Shown here piece after piece: positions 42,441 to 54,716 of a DNA stretch of 64,000 bases. The stretch covers positions 152,458,001 through 152,522,000 of the forward strand of contig NC_042998.1 in assembly GCF_006345805.1 (NCBI RefSeq). The letters are read 5' to 3'. This DNA is from Octopus sinensis (taxonomy: Eukaryota). The notes beneath the pieces were generated by a model. It saw only the letters and a program-made list of their open reading frames with translations. It did no database searches and was not told where the DNA came from. The translations under genes and the position numbers were made by a program. Within the stretch, counting starts at the first letter, position 1, and each line of letters opens with the position of its first letter.

Positions 42441-44364
42441 CACTGGTCAACAAAGAATTTGTCCCAATAAAAAGAATAACTGTATGCAGAATTCAAAAAT
42501 AATGTCAAGTTATCTGTATCCCCCACAGTTTCTCTGTTCCACAATATCCCTCTCAGTTTCTGTTACGTGGGCTAAATTTCAGTTAAGCTATTGGAATATG
42601 AAGCTAACGGTTTAAGAAATACTCCTAATTTAAATGTTTATGAATAGAATTAACCTAATGAAATCATGAATCTAGCTATGTGAGTCAATGGGTCGCCGAA
42701 GTTTGGCAACACTGAGTCGATGAGTTACCAACGGTTGTGTACAAAGTTCACATATTCCATTCACCTTCATAATGTCAAGAAACTGTATAAACATCAAAAC
42801 AACTTTTGCTATACTTGCCCATCATGTTTGTTGTGTAACTTGTGTAAGGTTTCTCACTGCATGGACCAAAGGTTCAAGCCATATGCTTTTTGCTATCCCT
42901 ATGATTTGGAGAGAGCCCAAAGATCACACTTCAGATTGCTACTTCTGTATGACGAATATACAAAGTATAACATCAAAATCCAAGCATACTGTAAAATATC
43001 TTAATTTACAATCTGCTATGAGACCAGTACTTCACAATCAACACTTACCTGTACCTGACCCTCCAAAACAAATGACACTGACGACGACTCAAGTGATGAA
43101 TATATGGAGAAGACAAGGACTTTGAGCTTAACTGTTCTTCAAGTGAACCACATTTGGTGAGTCAGATAGATTTGAATGATCTTTTGTGGGATTTAAACTT
43201 GTCGAAAAAGCAAGCTGAACTTATTGGTTCCAGGTTAAAGGGTTGGGAAGAGAACAAATATTTTATCTTGCTCAGCATTGCGATTTTGAAAATTTTTTCT
43301 CATTTGAGGATGGTGTGATGTTTTGTAATGATGTTTATTCTGTTATGGAGGAACTTAACCACAAATATAACACGAATGAGTAGCGTTTGTTTATTGACTC
43401 CTCAAAAGTAAGCTTGAAAGCAGTTTTACTCTACAATGGAAATAAGTTTCCTTCTGTTCCTCTGGCCCATGCAGCTAACATGAAGGAAACATATGAGAGT
43501 ATGAAGCTTCTGTTGCAAAAAATTAAGTATGAGGAACAAAAGTGGAATATTTGTGGTAAGCTAAAGATTATGGCACTTTTACTGGGAATGCAGCTGGGTT
43601 ACACCAAGTTTCTTGCTTTCTCTGCAAGTGGGACAGTTGGGATAAGAAAAATCATTATGAAAAGAATGTGTGGCTGAAAACGATTTCTGACTCCTGGACA
43701 AAAGAATGTCGTCAATTCAGCCCTTGTTGATTCTAAGAAAATTTATCTGCCTCCTTTGCATATTAAGCTAGGGTTGATGAAGAATTTCGCCAAAGGTATG
43801 GATAGAACTGGAAAGGGATTCATGTATTTGGGAACTAAATTTTCAAGAGTAAGTGAAGCAAAAATCAAGGATGGTATTTTTGTTGGGCTGCAGATTAGGG
43901 AGCTGAAAAGAGACCAAGAGTGTGATGAAGAGCTCAATGATGTTGACTGCGTGACTGGCATTTAAGTAAGTTTGCAGAGCGTTTGGTGGGGAATCACAGA
44001 GCAGAGAACTAATCTTGGGGCTTTCAATGACGAGCACGGCGAGAGATTTCACCAGGATATTCTGAACATAGAAACCTGGTACTAAACAAAGTGGAGCTTT
44101 TCTGTGTTGGCTGATTATTGTTGGTCACTAAAAAAGGTACGATGCTAAATGCATCAGAAAATCATACGCCTCTACTTTTTAAAGGTAAATTTCCTTGTAA
44201 TATTCATGAAATACAACTGTTTAACAATTTACATATGCTATCACAGAAAAACTATGACTTATTAAAAAAATCTGAAAACACTTGAATTCTGCAGATAAAA
44301 TTCTATTAAGTTCACCTACTTTTGTTTGTGGGACAGAATTTTTCATTAATTCTTTTGACCAATT
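42441..44364 (+). mobile_element. Chapaev-like (CMC) DNA transposon, decayed
   Basis: 5' TIR CACTGGTCAACAAAGAATTTGTCCCA with a degenerate partner ending near 44364; AIPMIWREPKDHTSDCYFC, FIDSSKVSLKAVLL, LPPLHIKLGLMKNF, HGERFHQDI. Superfamily name assigned from recalled motifs. Confidence 0.72.
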
Positions 44365-44810
44365 ATAATTGTCCGCCTTATTTCTGCATTAATATAGTAC
44401 ATTTATTGTATAATTTAATTACCCTGTCACATAACAACCATGCCTGATAGAAAAATTCTAAAAGCAGATTTGAAATCTGCGTTAAAAGTACTATAAAGTT
44501 CACTTTTTTTAGTTCATGGGACAGCAAAAAGTTCGAATCGGGGTAATCAATTGAAAATAAATAAGAAGGGTACTGAAACTAATAACCAGGTGTCATAAGG
44601 AAACTATAAATTGATATAATATAGTAACAAGAAGACGGCAAGAAAATGGTGCTTAAAAGAAGGAGTGTAGGACAAAACCCCTCTAGGACAAAGAGCCCCC
44701 CCCCCAAAAAAAAAACTCTAAAAAACCCCGGTGTACGAAATAGCTTAGGACAAAAAAAAACAAGTAATTTTTAAATCACGATTTTTACTCTTATTATTTG
44801 TAGCTTATAA

Positions 44811-45030
44811 GGCGTCGAGCTGGCAAAATCGTTAGCACGCCTGGCAAAATTCCTAGCGGCATTTCGTCCGTCTTTACGTTCTGAGTTCAAATGCCACCGA
44901 GGTTGATTTTGATTTTCATCCTTTCAGGGTCGATAAATTAAGTACCAGTGAAAAACTGGGGTGGATGTAATCGATAAGTCTTCTCCCCCGCCCACCTAAA
45001 TTTCAGGCCTTGTGCCTTTAGTAGTAAGGA
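44811..45030 (+). mobile_element. tRNA-derived SINE with candidate TSD
   Basis: GAGCTGGCAAAATCG...GAGTTCAAAT head; TTATTTGTAG(C/T)TTAT duplicated at 44794-44808 and 45031-45045. Confidence 0.8.
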
Positions 45031-45149
45031 TTATTTGTAGTTTATGAACACTTCTCTGGTATGTAAAATATTGCATTAATTATATAACAACCCCAATCAC
45101 AAAAATGAGCATAATAAAAAGAACATTATACCGTATCTTTGAGAAATTA

Positions 45150-45379
45150 AAACCATCAGTAGTGGAAAATGGGCCCCAACTTCGCCAACATATTTGTTGG
45201 TTATGTCGAGGCCCAAATCTTTTCACAATTCTCCAGTTCGACCCCAGAGCTATACAGTCAATACATAGACGACTGTATTGGTGCTATCTCCCTCTCCTTG
45301 ACTTCATTTCTTTTTTCTACCTTTCATCCTTCCCTTAAGCTCACTTCTGTCATCTCCGACACTTCTGTCAACTTTTTGG

Positions 45380-45421
<42 letters not shown>

Positions 45422-47134
45422 GATCCCCTCGCCCACTCTCACCGCTTCTGCCGTCATCAAATCTACTGACTCTCACCTCTACATCACATTTTCCTCCTCC
45501 CTCCTCCCACTTCAAACGAGCCATCCCCTACTTCCAATTCCTCCATCTCGAACGTTTATGCAGCCGCGACCAGGATTCTGAAACTCAGTCTCAATACTTG
45601 ACCTGTCTGTTCACTCGTCACTCATATCTGTCCACCCTTGTCCAGGCCGCCCTTATCCATGACCGCCAAGTTGATCACACCTCAGCCCTCACTCCTTCCT
45701 CACACCCGTCTCCCATACGTATCCCCTTTCCTCTCCTTTTCCACCCATCACCCTACCCCTTCGTCGGAAAATCCTACGGGCCTTCCGTCATCTCCAATCT
45801 GATCCTACCACCCTCAAGGTTTCCCCAACCCACCTCTCCCCTCTAAACACACCACTAAACTATGTAAGTAATTAATCCATAACCCTCTCCACTCCCCATC
45901 CATCCTAGGTCCCTCTTTTGCTCCAAACCCTACTGTCACACCTGTCCGTTCATCACCAACAGCACCTTCCTCACTGGAACCAGCTAGCACACTATTTATA
46001 TCCGGGACTCTTTCTCTTGTATATCTTCCAACATTATCTGTTGCCTCAGATACACCATTTGCTACTCTCTATATGTTGGTCCATCTGGCCGTCGTCTAGC
46101 CGACGGATTTACTGAACATCTACGGGATAAAAAGTATCCCGGTCATCCGTCATTTTTGCTCTCCCAACCACCCCAACGAAGACTTCACTTGTACCATGGA
46201 ACCGCCATCACTAGAATTCGCCAAGAACAGCGCTACGTCTTTCTTAGAATTCATACACCGTTTGGACTTAACACCCCACTCCTTCTTGTAACAACTTTCA
46301 CCTTCATTTTCCTTTTTTATTATTGTCTTAATTTTTACTTCTTTATTTTTCATTTTTCATTTTACTTTATTTAATTATTTAGTTTAATTAATAATTTTTA
46401 TTTTTAATGTCTTAACATTTTAGTTTTAATTTTTTTAAATTTAATTAATTTTTTTAGTTAATTCTTATTTAATATTGCGTACTGGAGTCGATCTAATCGA
46501 CTGGCCCCCCTCCTCAAACATTTCGAGTCTTGTGCCTAAAGTAGAAAAGTTTATTTTGATTTTAATTTTTTTAACTTTCTAATTTCTAATTTTTTTAATT
46601 ATTTTAAATTCATCTTCCACACACCTATGTATATAACTGACACCCCAACATATATATCTATCGCACACACTCATTTCCATATCCTAACATGTAAAGAAAC
46701 TCTTCACCCACACCCATACGCACACGCATACACACCCATACACACGCACTCACACACTCACACGTGCACACACAAGCACATACTTACACACACAGCAATG
46801 CTAACGCACTCACACACACACACAACGCACATCATCACGCATCTTGACCACCATATCTAATTACTGCTACAAGCCTGTTCGCTTCACTTCCTCACACATA
46901 CATCATTCACATAAACACAAACACACGCACGCAGATACTACCACACCCACACACTGGTCACTTTCAAACTCTCCTGCCTTCACAAACCACTTCCTCTATC
47001 TCTCTCCACTTCTGGTTAGTTATTTTTCAGCCACGTAAAGGCACACATGCTTTTCTCGGACTATTCTTTTCCTTCTCTCCGGGCATTTTCCTCTTTCCGC
47101 TTTCTGATGAAGATCCATGTTCGAAATATCATAT
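45150..47134 (+). mobile_element. Decayed Penelope-like element (RT remnant, GIY-YIG, 3' region)
   Basis: MGPNFANIFVGYVE...YIDD; FHPSLK; SSNIICC...LYVG...RRLADGFTEH; RQEQ...FGLN; HHR-like CTGATGA..GAAATATC at 47104-47130. Right boundary approximate. Confidence 0.7.
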
Positions 47135-47139
47135 CTTAA

Positions 47140-47140
47140 A

Positions 47141-47181
<41 letters not shown>

Positions 47182-47240
47182 TATATATATATATATATGT
47201 ATATGTATATGTATATATGTATATATATGTTATATGTATA

Positions 47241-47271
<31 letters not shown>

Positions 47272-47295
47272 TATATATGTGTATATATATATATA

Positions 47296-47326
<31 letters not shown>

Positions 47327-47383
47327 ATATATATATATATATATTATGTGTGTGTATATTATATATATATATATATATATGTG

Positions 47384-47462
<79 letters not shown>

Positions 47463-47620
47463 ATATGTGTGTATATATAATATATATATATATGTGTGTG
47501 TGTGTGTGTATTGTATATAGATATATATATATATATATGTATATATGTGTGTATATATATATATTATAATATATATATATATATATATATATGTGTGGTG
47601 TGTGTATATATATATATATA

Positions 47621-47661
<41 letters not shown>

Positions 47662-47762
47662 TATGTATATATATATATATATGTGTGTGTATAATATATA
47701 TATATATATATATAGTTTGTGTATATATATATATATATATGTTATATATATATATATATATG

Positions 47763-47796
<34 letters not shown>

Positions 47797-47930
47797 ATAT
47801 ATATAATATTATATATATATATGTGTGTGTGTGTGTATATATATATATAATTATATATATATATATGTATATATATATGTGTGTGTATATATTATATATA
47901 ATATATATATATTATGTATAATATATGGTG
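47140..47930. repeat. Degenerate (TA)n/(TG)n satellite running into the gap
   Basis: Direct inspection. Confidence 0.95.
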
Positions 47931-48030
47931 NNNNNNNNNNNNNNNNNNNNNNNNNNNNNNNNNNNNNNNNNNNNNNNNNNNNNNNNNNNNNNNNNNNNNN
48001 NNNNNNNNNNNNNNNNNNNNNNNNNNNNNN
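47931..48030. other. Assembly gap (100 N)
   Basis: Run of N. Confidence 1.
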
Positions 48031-48659
48031 CATGAAATACGTAAAACAACAAGAAAAAAATTGAGTACAGGACAAGTAAACACAGAGAAGGGACCCTTCC
48101 TCAGTTGTCGGCTGTGTACTTCCTCCTCATTCCGAACAAACGACAATATGAATCTTCAAAGACAGTCGTTCCCATGAATTTTTTTTTTTAATTTAGGGTA
48201 TATGGGGGGGTCAAATTTGGGAACAAAAACATGACAGTGAAGACATACAAGGAAACCGAACGAAGACAAACATGGAGAGTTGTTAGACCAGAACGAGAGG
48301 ATAGTTGTGAACGCTGTGAATATTTTTTGAAAAGAGAAAAGATAGAAAAGAGAAAAAACGTCTGCTCTTTTGAACGTCCATGTAGGAAAAGAAAGATAAT
48401 CACGTGAGGAAAAGAAAGATGGACAATGGTCACGTGTGAGTAACAAGAGAGGGAAAGAGAAAAGAGAAAGAGGGGGAGAGAGAGACAGATAGAAAACGGT
48501 GAAGAAGGCAGGGAGAGAAAAGGGGAATTAGAGAAGGGTGGAGTAAGAAAACAGGAGAGGAGAGTCACATCAAAAAGGTGAAGATAAATTTACTTACAAA
48601 TGGATGTGTGGCATTCAATTAGATAATAAAAATTAAATTTTACATATATATATATATCT

Positions 48660-48926
48660 CACCATGATCACCTTGACCGACCAGGGTATCAGATGTTGCT
48701 ACACATCGCTGGTCACAATGCACTTTGCATTGTTTTAGCCTTCAAATGATGCCATACCGCTGGCTAAGCAAGCAGGCCAACAGAAGAATCACCACCACCC
48801 CTGCTGGAGCCTCGTGCAGCTTTAGGTGTTTTCGCTCAATAAACACTCACAGAGCCCGGTCTGGGAATCGAAACCACAATCCTACAACCATGAGTCTGCT
48901 GCCCTAACCACTAGGCCATTGCGCCT

Positions 48927-48928
<2 letters not shown>
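48660..48928 (-). mobile_element. tRNA-derived SINE
   Basis: GGAGGCGCAATGGCCTAGTGGTTAGGGC...GGTTTCGATTCC head on the minus strand. Confidence 0.75.
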
Positions 48929-48994
<66 letters not shown>

Positions 48995-49003
48995 TATATA
49001 TAT

Positions 49004-49035
<32 letters not shown>

Positions 49036-49953
49036 ATATTATATATATATATTATATATATATATTATATATATATATATATTATTATATATATATATAA
49101 TATATATATATATATATAACATATATTCCAGGCGCCCCGTACCCCCCTTATCATTAATGTGAGCACATATTCTTAATAATTGGTACGACTCTCTGTTTGT
49201 CTCTCTCTCTCTCTCATTTTTACTTGATCTGTCCCCTCTCTCTCTTTTCTCTCTACTCATCCTCTTTTTCTCTTCTCTTTCCTCTGATTCGTTGGTCTAG
49301 TCTTCCACTACCCTCCTATTTCTTTGTCTCGCTCTGCACTCACAGGTCATTCTTCGACACCCATCCCTTCTCCTCTCTGATTTCTTCTTTCTCTCTCTTC
49401 TCTCTCTTTGTTGCGTTTGTCCCTCCTCTCTCTCTCTCTTCCTTTGCTTCTCTTTCTTTCTTTTCCCTCTTCTCTGTCACGTGACTGTTGGCCGAAATCT
49501 GCCTTCAGCTCCTGACCCTCGTCGTGTTAACATCGTTGTTTTTCGTCCGCCGCTATAAAGGCTTCTTCCAATGCGCCAGAGAAAAAATTTGTTTGCTTGT
49601 TATCAGTCGTAAGACACTTGTTGTTTTCACCGTTAATGCTTCTGTATTTCATGTTTCTGTATTCCATTATTGTTTTTTGTTTTTTTATATCTGTCCTTTT
49701 GCTGTCCTGGTGTTCGTATGCATTCGATCCTCTTCCAGGAAATCTACGCTTCCAGCTTTAGTTTTCTAATGCTCGTGCTTAGTTTTTCTTGGAGGGCTGG
49801 CCGTGATCTAGTAATCTCAAGATAATCAGCCGAAATTACTACGATGATCCGTTCTTGACTGAAGACTGAGGGTTTCGAATGTCTTGTCAATGTTTATTGT
49901 ACCGTCTTCTAAGAGTTATACGTTCTTGTCCATGTTGTATTTTTCTACATACC

Positions 49954-50007
<54 letters not shown>

Positions 50008-50228
50008 TGCATATATGTGTACGGGACATCACCAACGGTTCAAACACCATGCAATGCGTAAGCAAACGAGTTAAATGCGTAAACAACAAGAAAAAAAATG
50101 GAGACCAGGACAAGTAAACACAGAGAAAAGCATTCAACGACAACATGAGTCTTCAAACTCAGTTGCTCCCATAAATTCTAAAATAAAATTTAGGATTTAT
50201 GGAGGGTCAAAGTTAGGAACATCTCATT

Positions 50229-50251
<23 letters not shown>

Positions 50252-50259
<8 letters not shown>

Positions 50260-50490
50260 ATTCGAGACAAAACCACTATTTTAAAATCAAACAAGGAAAG
50301 ACTTAATCAATACATAAAATTTTAATATAAATTAAATAAACCGCCACTACAATTGTTTCCTGTCTTCTACTGACATTCTTCAGGTGGATTTTCGATCTTC
50401 TAATCAGTATCAAATATTAAAATTTTATGTATTGATTAAGTCTTTCCTTGTTTGATTTTAAAATAGTGGTTTTGTCTCGAATTATATTAT
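50252..50490. repeat. Perfect 77-bp inverted repeat with an HHR-like motif in the spacer
   Basis: Arms 50252-50328 / 50414-50490; minus-strand CCAC-CTGAAGA-aTGTC..GACAg-GAAACAATTGTA-GTGG at 50344-50387. Confidence 0.88.
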
Positions 50491-51121
50491 ATAATATTTT
50501 ACTATAAAATTGGATTTAACCCTAAATCTGATTTTTCCCTGTAATTTTGGATTCATTCCCTAATATTTATTATTATATATATATATATATATATATATAA
50601 TTCCAAGAGAGTTAGATGTTGTGAATCCAACCAACTAAGGGATGATATCTATCCAATATACTGCTGGTAGAATAGCCAATTATTAATACACAAATGTTGT
50701 TTCATTGCATGGCAATTACATTACCGAGTGTAATAAATGGGTGAGGGTAAAAAGTTATTTTACCCTTAATTTATATAACAATAAGAAAATGGAGAGGATC
50801 AAGAGGTGGTATTCATCAACTTTTAGACATTATATTATATCTATTTATTTCTTAAAAAATACAATTATAACAATACACATACAGGTATAACATATTATGC
50901 TTTACATATATAATATATAAAAAATAAAAATACCAGTAATGATTAAAATATATAATGTAGAGCATAGAAAGTAGGATAATATCTTACAGCTGTTTCAGCC
51001 AAAAGGCCATAGTACCCCATTCTACATACATATACATACATAAACATATATACATATATCTAAATGTATATGCATATGTATCTGTATATGCATACAAAGG
51101 AATCAATTATTATTATTATCA

Positions 51122-51168
<47 letters not shown>

Positions 51169-52114
51169 CAGTAGTTTTATTTTTATATCATCCTTTCACT
51201 TCACTACTGAGCACAGCTCTGTCTGCCGTGGGTATGTGCTGTGGTTTGTTGTGATGCTCTATGGTTACTGTATTGAGAGTGTTTTGCATTGGATGTGTGC
51301 AGTAGTGCAATTTTCTGTATGCTATATGTGTTTTTAACTCTTGGTGTTTTTGTTATGTATTTGTCTCTTTTATCTTTTACTCTTTTATTTGTTTCAGTCA
51401 TTTGACTGTGGCCATGCTGGAGCACAGCCTTTAGTCGAGCAAATCGACCCCGGGACTTATTCTTTGTAAGCCCAGTACTTATTCTATCAGTCTCTTTTGC
51501 CAAACCTGCTAAGTGATGGGGACGTAAACACACTAGCATCGGTTATCAAGCAATGCTAGGGGGACAAACACAGACACACAAATACGCACACATACATATA
51601 TATATACATATACACAACAGGCTTCTTTCAGTTTCCGTCTACCAAATCCACTCACAAGGCATTGGTCGGCCTGGGGCTATAGCAGAAGACACTTGCCCAA
51701 GATGCCACGCAGTGGGACTGAACCCGGAACCATGTGGTTGGTTAGCAAGCTACTTACCACACAGCCACTCCTGCCTTTTATCATACCTAATGCACCTACT
51801 ATGATAGAAATTGTTTCTGTTTTTAGATTCCACATTTGAGTTACCTCTATTTCCAGGTTTTTGTATTTTGAAAGTTTCTCCATTTCTTTTAGAGAAACGT
51901 TGTCATCTGCTGGTATTGATACATCAATTAGAAAGTATTTTTTTTCTTCATGATCTCTGACAACTATATCTGGCCTATTGGCCTTAGTTTCTCTATCTGT
52001 GTGTATAGGCATATCCAAAAATATGGTTGCTTTCTTGTTTTCTGTGACCTTTTCTGGTGTGTGCCTATACCATCTTTTTTCTGTTGTTATTCCATAGTGT
52101 TGGCTATAGCTTCC

Positions 52115-52118
<4 letters not shown>
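51169..52118 (-). mobile_element. Third R4/Dong-like fragment, (TAA)n on both sides, interrupted by a SINE
   Basis: WDMPIHTDRETKANRPDIVVRDH...LIDVS...KLSKY and IQKIAL; TAA-type repeats at ~51107-51168 and 52119-52145. Confidence 0.85.
51367..51775 (-). mobile_element. tRNA-derived SINE inserted in the R4 fragment
   Basis: GGCAGGAGTGGCTGTGTGG...GGTTCAGTCC head; CCAGCATGGCCACAGTCAAATGACTGAAAC tail with AAAAG repeats. Confidence 0.85.
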
Positions 52119-52145
<27 letters not shown>

Positions 52146-52317
52146 GGTGTATTATATTATATTATATTATTGTTATTAGATAAAGTATAAACAGAGGTAG
52201 CAGAAAGTTATTAAAAGAGAAATAATAGTGTAATTTTAAAAAATCAATGTATCTTAAGATTACTATAGTTATGTAGGAATGAAAAGGTATATACATGAGG
52301 AATACATACATACATAC

Positions 52318-52354
<37 letters not shown>

Positions 52355-53468
52355 CTTACACACATACACACACACATACATATTTACATACAAACATACC
52401 CATAGGTACATACATATTACATGTGTTGCATTAGTTTGCATTCTTCTTTTTATATAATTATGATAATTATATGCAAACATATATATATATTCATATAAAC
52501 ACGTGATATGTTTTCTATTGAGGGCTTTAAACAAAAGTTCACAATAAGTAGGTAAGAGTTTATATTAATACCTGTGATATTAGTTGGTACTATAAGTCAT
52601 AAAATTCCAGGTATTAATATACTTTCTTATTTTCTGTTATTTTTTGTTTATCAAGTAGCTGAAATCCTTTGGGAAGTGGGGAGGGGATTTTGTCCAGTAA
52701 TCTAATTAGTCATCTATTGTTTTGAAAGGCCATGAATTTGTTATGGTTGGTTAATGAATTACCAATAACATAAAACAAATTAGGCAGATACATATATAAA
52801 TAAAAATGTATATAAAAAACAAAACCAAAAGGGAGGGAGGGAGGGAAGAAGGAAGGAAGGAAGGAAAAAAGGAAGGAAGGAAGAAAGAAAGAAAGGAAGG
52901 AAGAAAGTAAGACAGAAAGAAAGAAAGAAAGAAAGAAATGAACCAACTCAATATATATCCATATATATTCTCTTTTATATATATACTTACATATTACTAA
53001 ATTGTTATTTATCGCTACATGTTTAGAATCTATTTTATTTGACAAAATACCTTAAATGCAAGACTCCATGTAATAGTGTTAAGTCACTTAATTAATAAAC
53101 CCATCAATCATTCAGTCCTTTAAAATATCTATCATTCTATTTATTCAGTTAATTACTTTTAATGTTATATTTAAGAGGTGTGATGGGGGAAGAGGTTAGT
53201 TATAAATAGAACGAAGGGAGGAAACTCTGGTTTAATTAGGTCTATAATTATAAAATAATATACTCAAAAATTTAGGTCCATTATTCAGTAAATCAATCAA
53301 CTTATCAATTAGCCAACTAATTAATTGATTAATCAATCAATCAATCAATTTATTGGTTCAGTAATGGGGTTGCATATCAATGTCTATATCTATATACATA
53401 CATATGCATATACAATACATATATAGACATATGCATATATATATATGCAACCATTATACATATATATA

Positions 53469-53546
<78 letters not shown>

Positions 53547-54090
53547 CATATATATATAGTAAATATATCGATATTAATAATACAATAATTGTTTCTTGTC
53601 AGGAACAAAAAAAGTTTAATAGGACTGCTATAGAAGTGCTCTATTGGAAGAGACAAAAATATCAAACTAAAATCATTGAACAAATGCAAAGGTCATCTGC
53701 ATATCATTTCATAATTCGAACATTTAATTATAGAATAAACATATAACCCGCAAGATGGAACAAAATTCATATGTATAGCACGTAATAATAATAATAATAT
53801 GGTGCGAGAAAAATTCTTATCATTAAAAATTTAGAATTAATATTTTAGCGATTCAATGAAAATACATTTATAAAAGGACGTAGAAAGTAATATATAAAAA
53901 TATATAGGTATATAAAAATGTAGGCATATAAAAATATATATAACATATATAAATATATATACACATAGGAGCATATAAAAAAATGTATAATATATATATA
54001 TATCATGTAAATAAAGTAAAATAAGGTTCATCGTTTAGAAATCTTATTCAGGTAAAATAAGCCTTATATTTAAGGAAATCATGTTTACTT

Positions 54091-54168
54091 ATCCCTATGG
54101 CCATTTCAGGGGCGTATTATGTTTAAAGCACTAGGGTGCATTCAGATAATACCTCCTTCGTCAGGGGA
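54091..54168 (-). ncRNA. Type I hammerhead ribozyme candidate downstream of the PLE ORF
   Basis: TCCC-CTGACGA-AGGAGGTATTAT[..]ATAATACGCCCCT-GAAATGGCCATA-GGGA: intact core, long helix II, palindromic helix III, 4-bp helix I. Confidence 0.75.
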
Positions 54169-54334
54169 AAAAAAATATATATATATAAACACAGATAGAC
54201 ATCACGCAACAAGCCCATACGGTGTAGTTTGCTTTCCCACTGTGGTATTCATGCTCGGATAGCCCAGAAGATAAAGCAGTAAAGGAATTTTTCTTTTAAA
54301 GCAGTAGAGAAAGAGAAGGCGGTAAACAAAAAAA

Positions 54335-54715
54335 AAATTTAAATCGAATTAATTCCAATTAAATTAAATTGAATTAAATTGATTTAAAAAGAGCCTCCGT
54401 GGTTTCAAATCCTGCAAAACTTAAATACTTTTATTCTTCAATTTATTTAATTTCTATATACTCAAAAAGAATGGGTTTACTTAACTAAATTAAACTGAAT
54501 TAAATTGGGTTAAAATTGAATTAAATTGAGCCTTCGAGGTTTCAAATCCTGCAACAGCTAAACCAATTATTTTTTATTTTTTACAACTTATCTTTTCCTA
54601 AGACTCAGAAGGAATGGGTGCATTAAATTAAATTAAATCAATTTCAATTAACTAAACTGAACTAAAATGAGTTGCATTGAGCCTCCATGGTTTCCATCCT
54701 GCAAAAACTAAATCC
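54335..54715. repeat. Three imperfect tandem units in the PLE 3' region
   Basis: GAGCCTCCGTGGTTTCAAATCCTGCAA-like core near 54393, 54528 and 54679. Confidence 0.75.
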
Positions 54716-54716
54716 A

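Noticed and set aside
44650-44760. Three AGGACAAA repeats as a transposon terminus
   Set aside because: No partner inverted end found.
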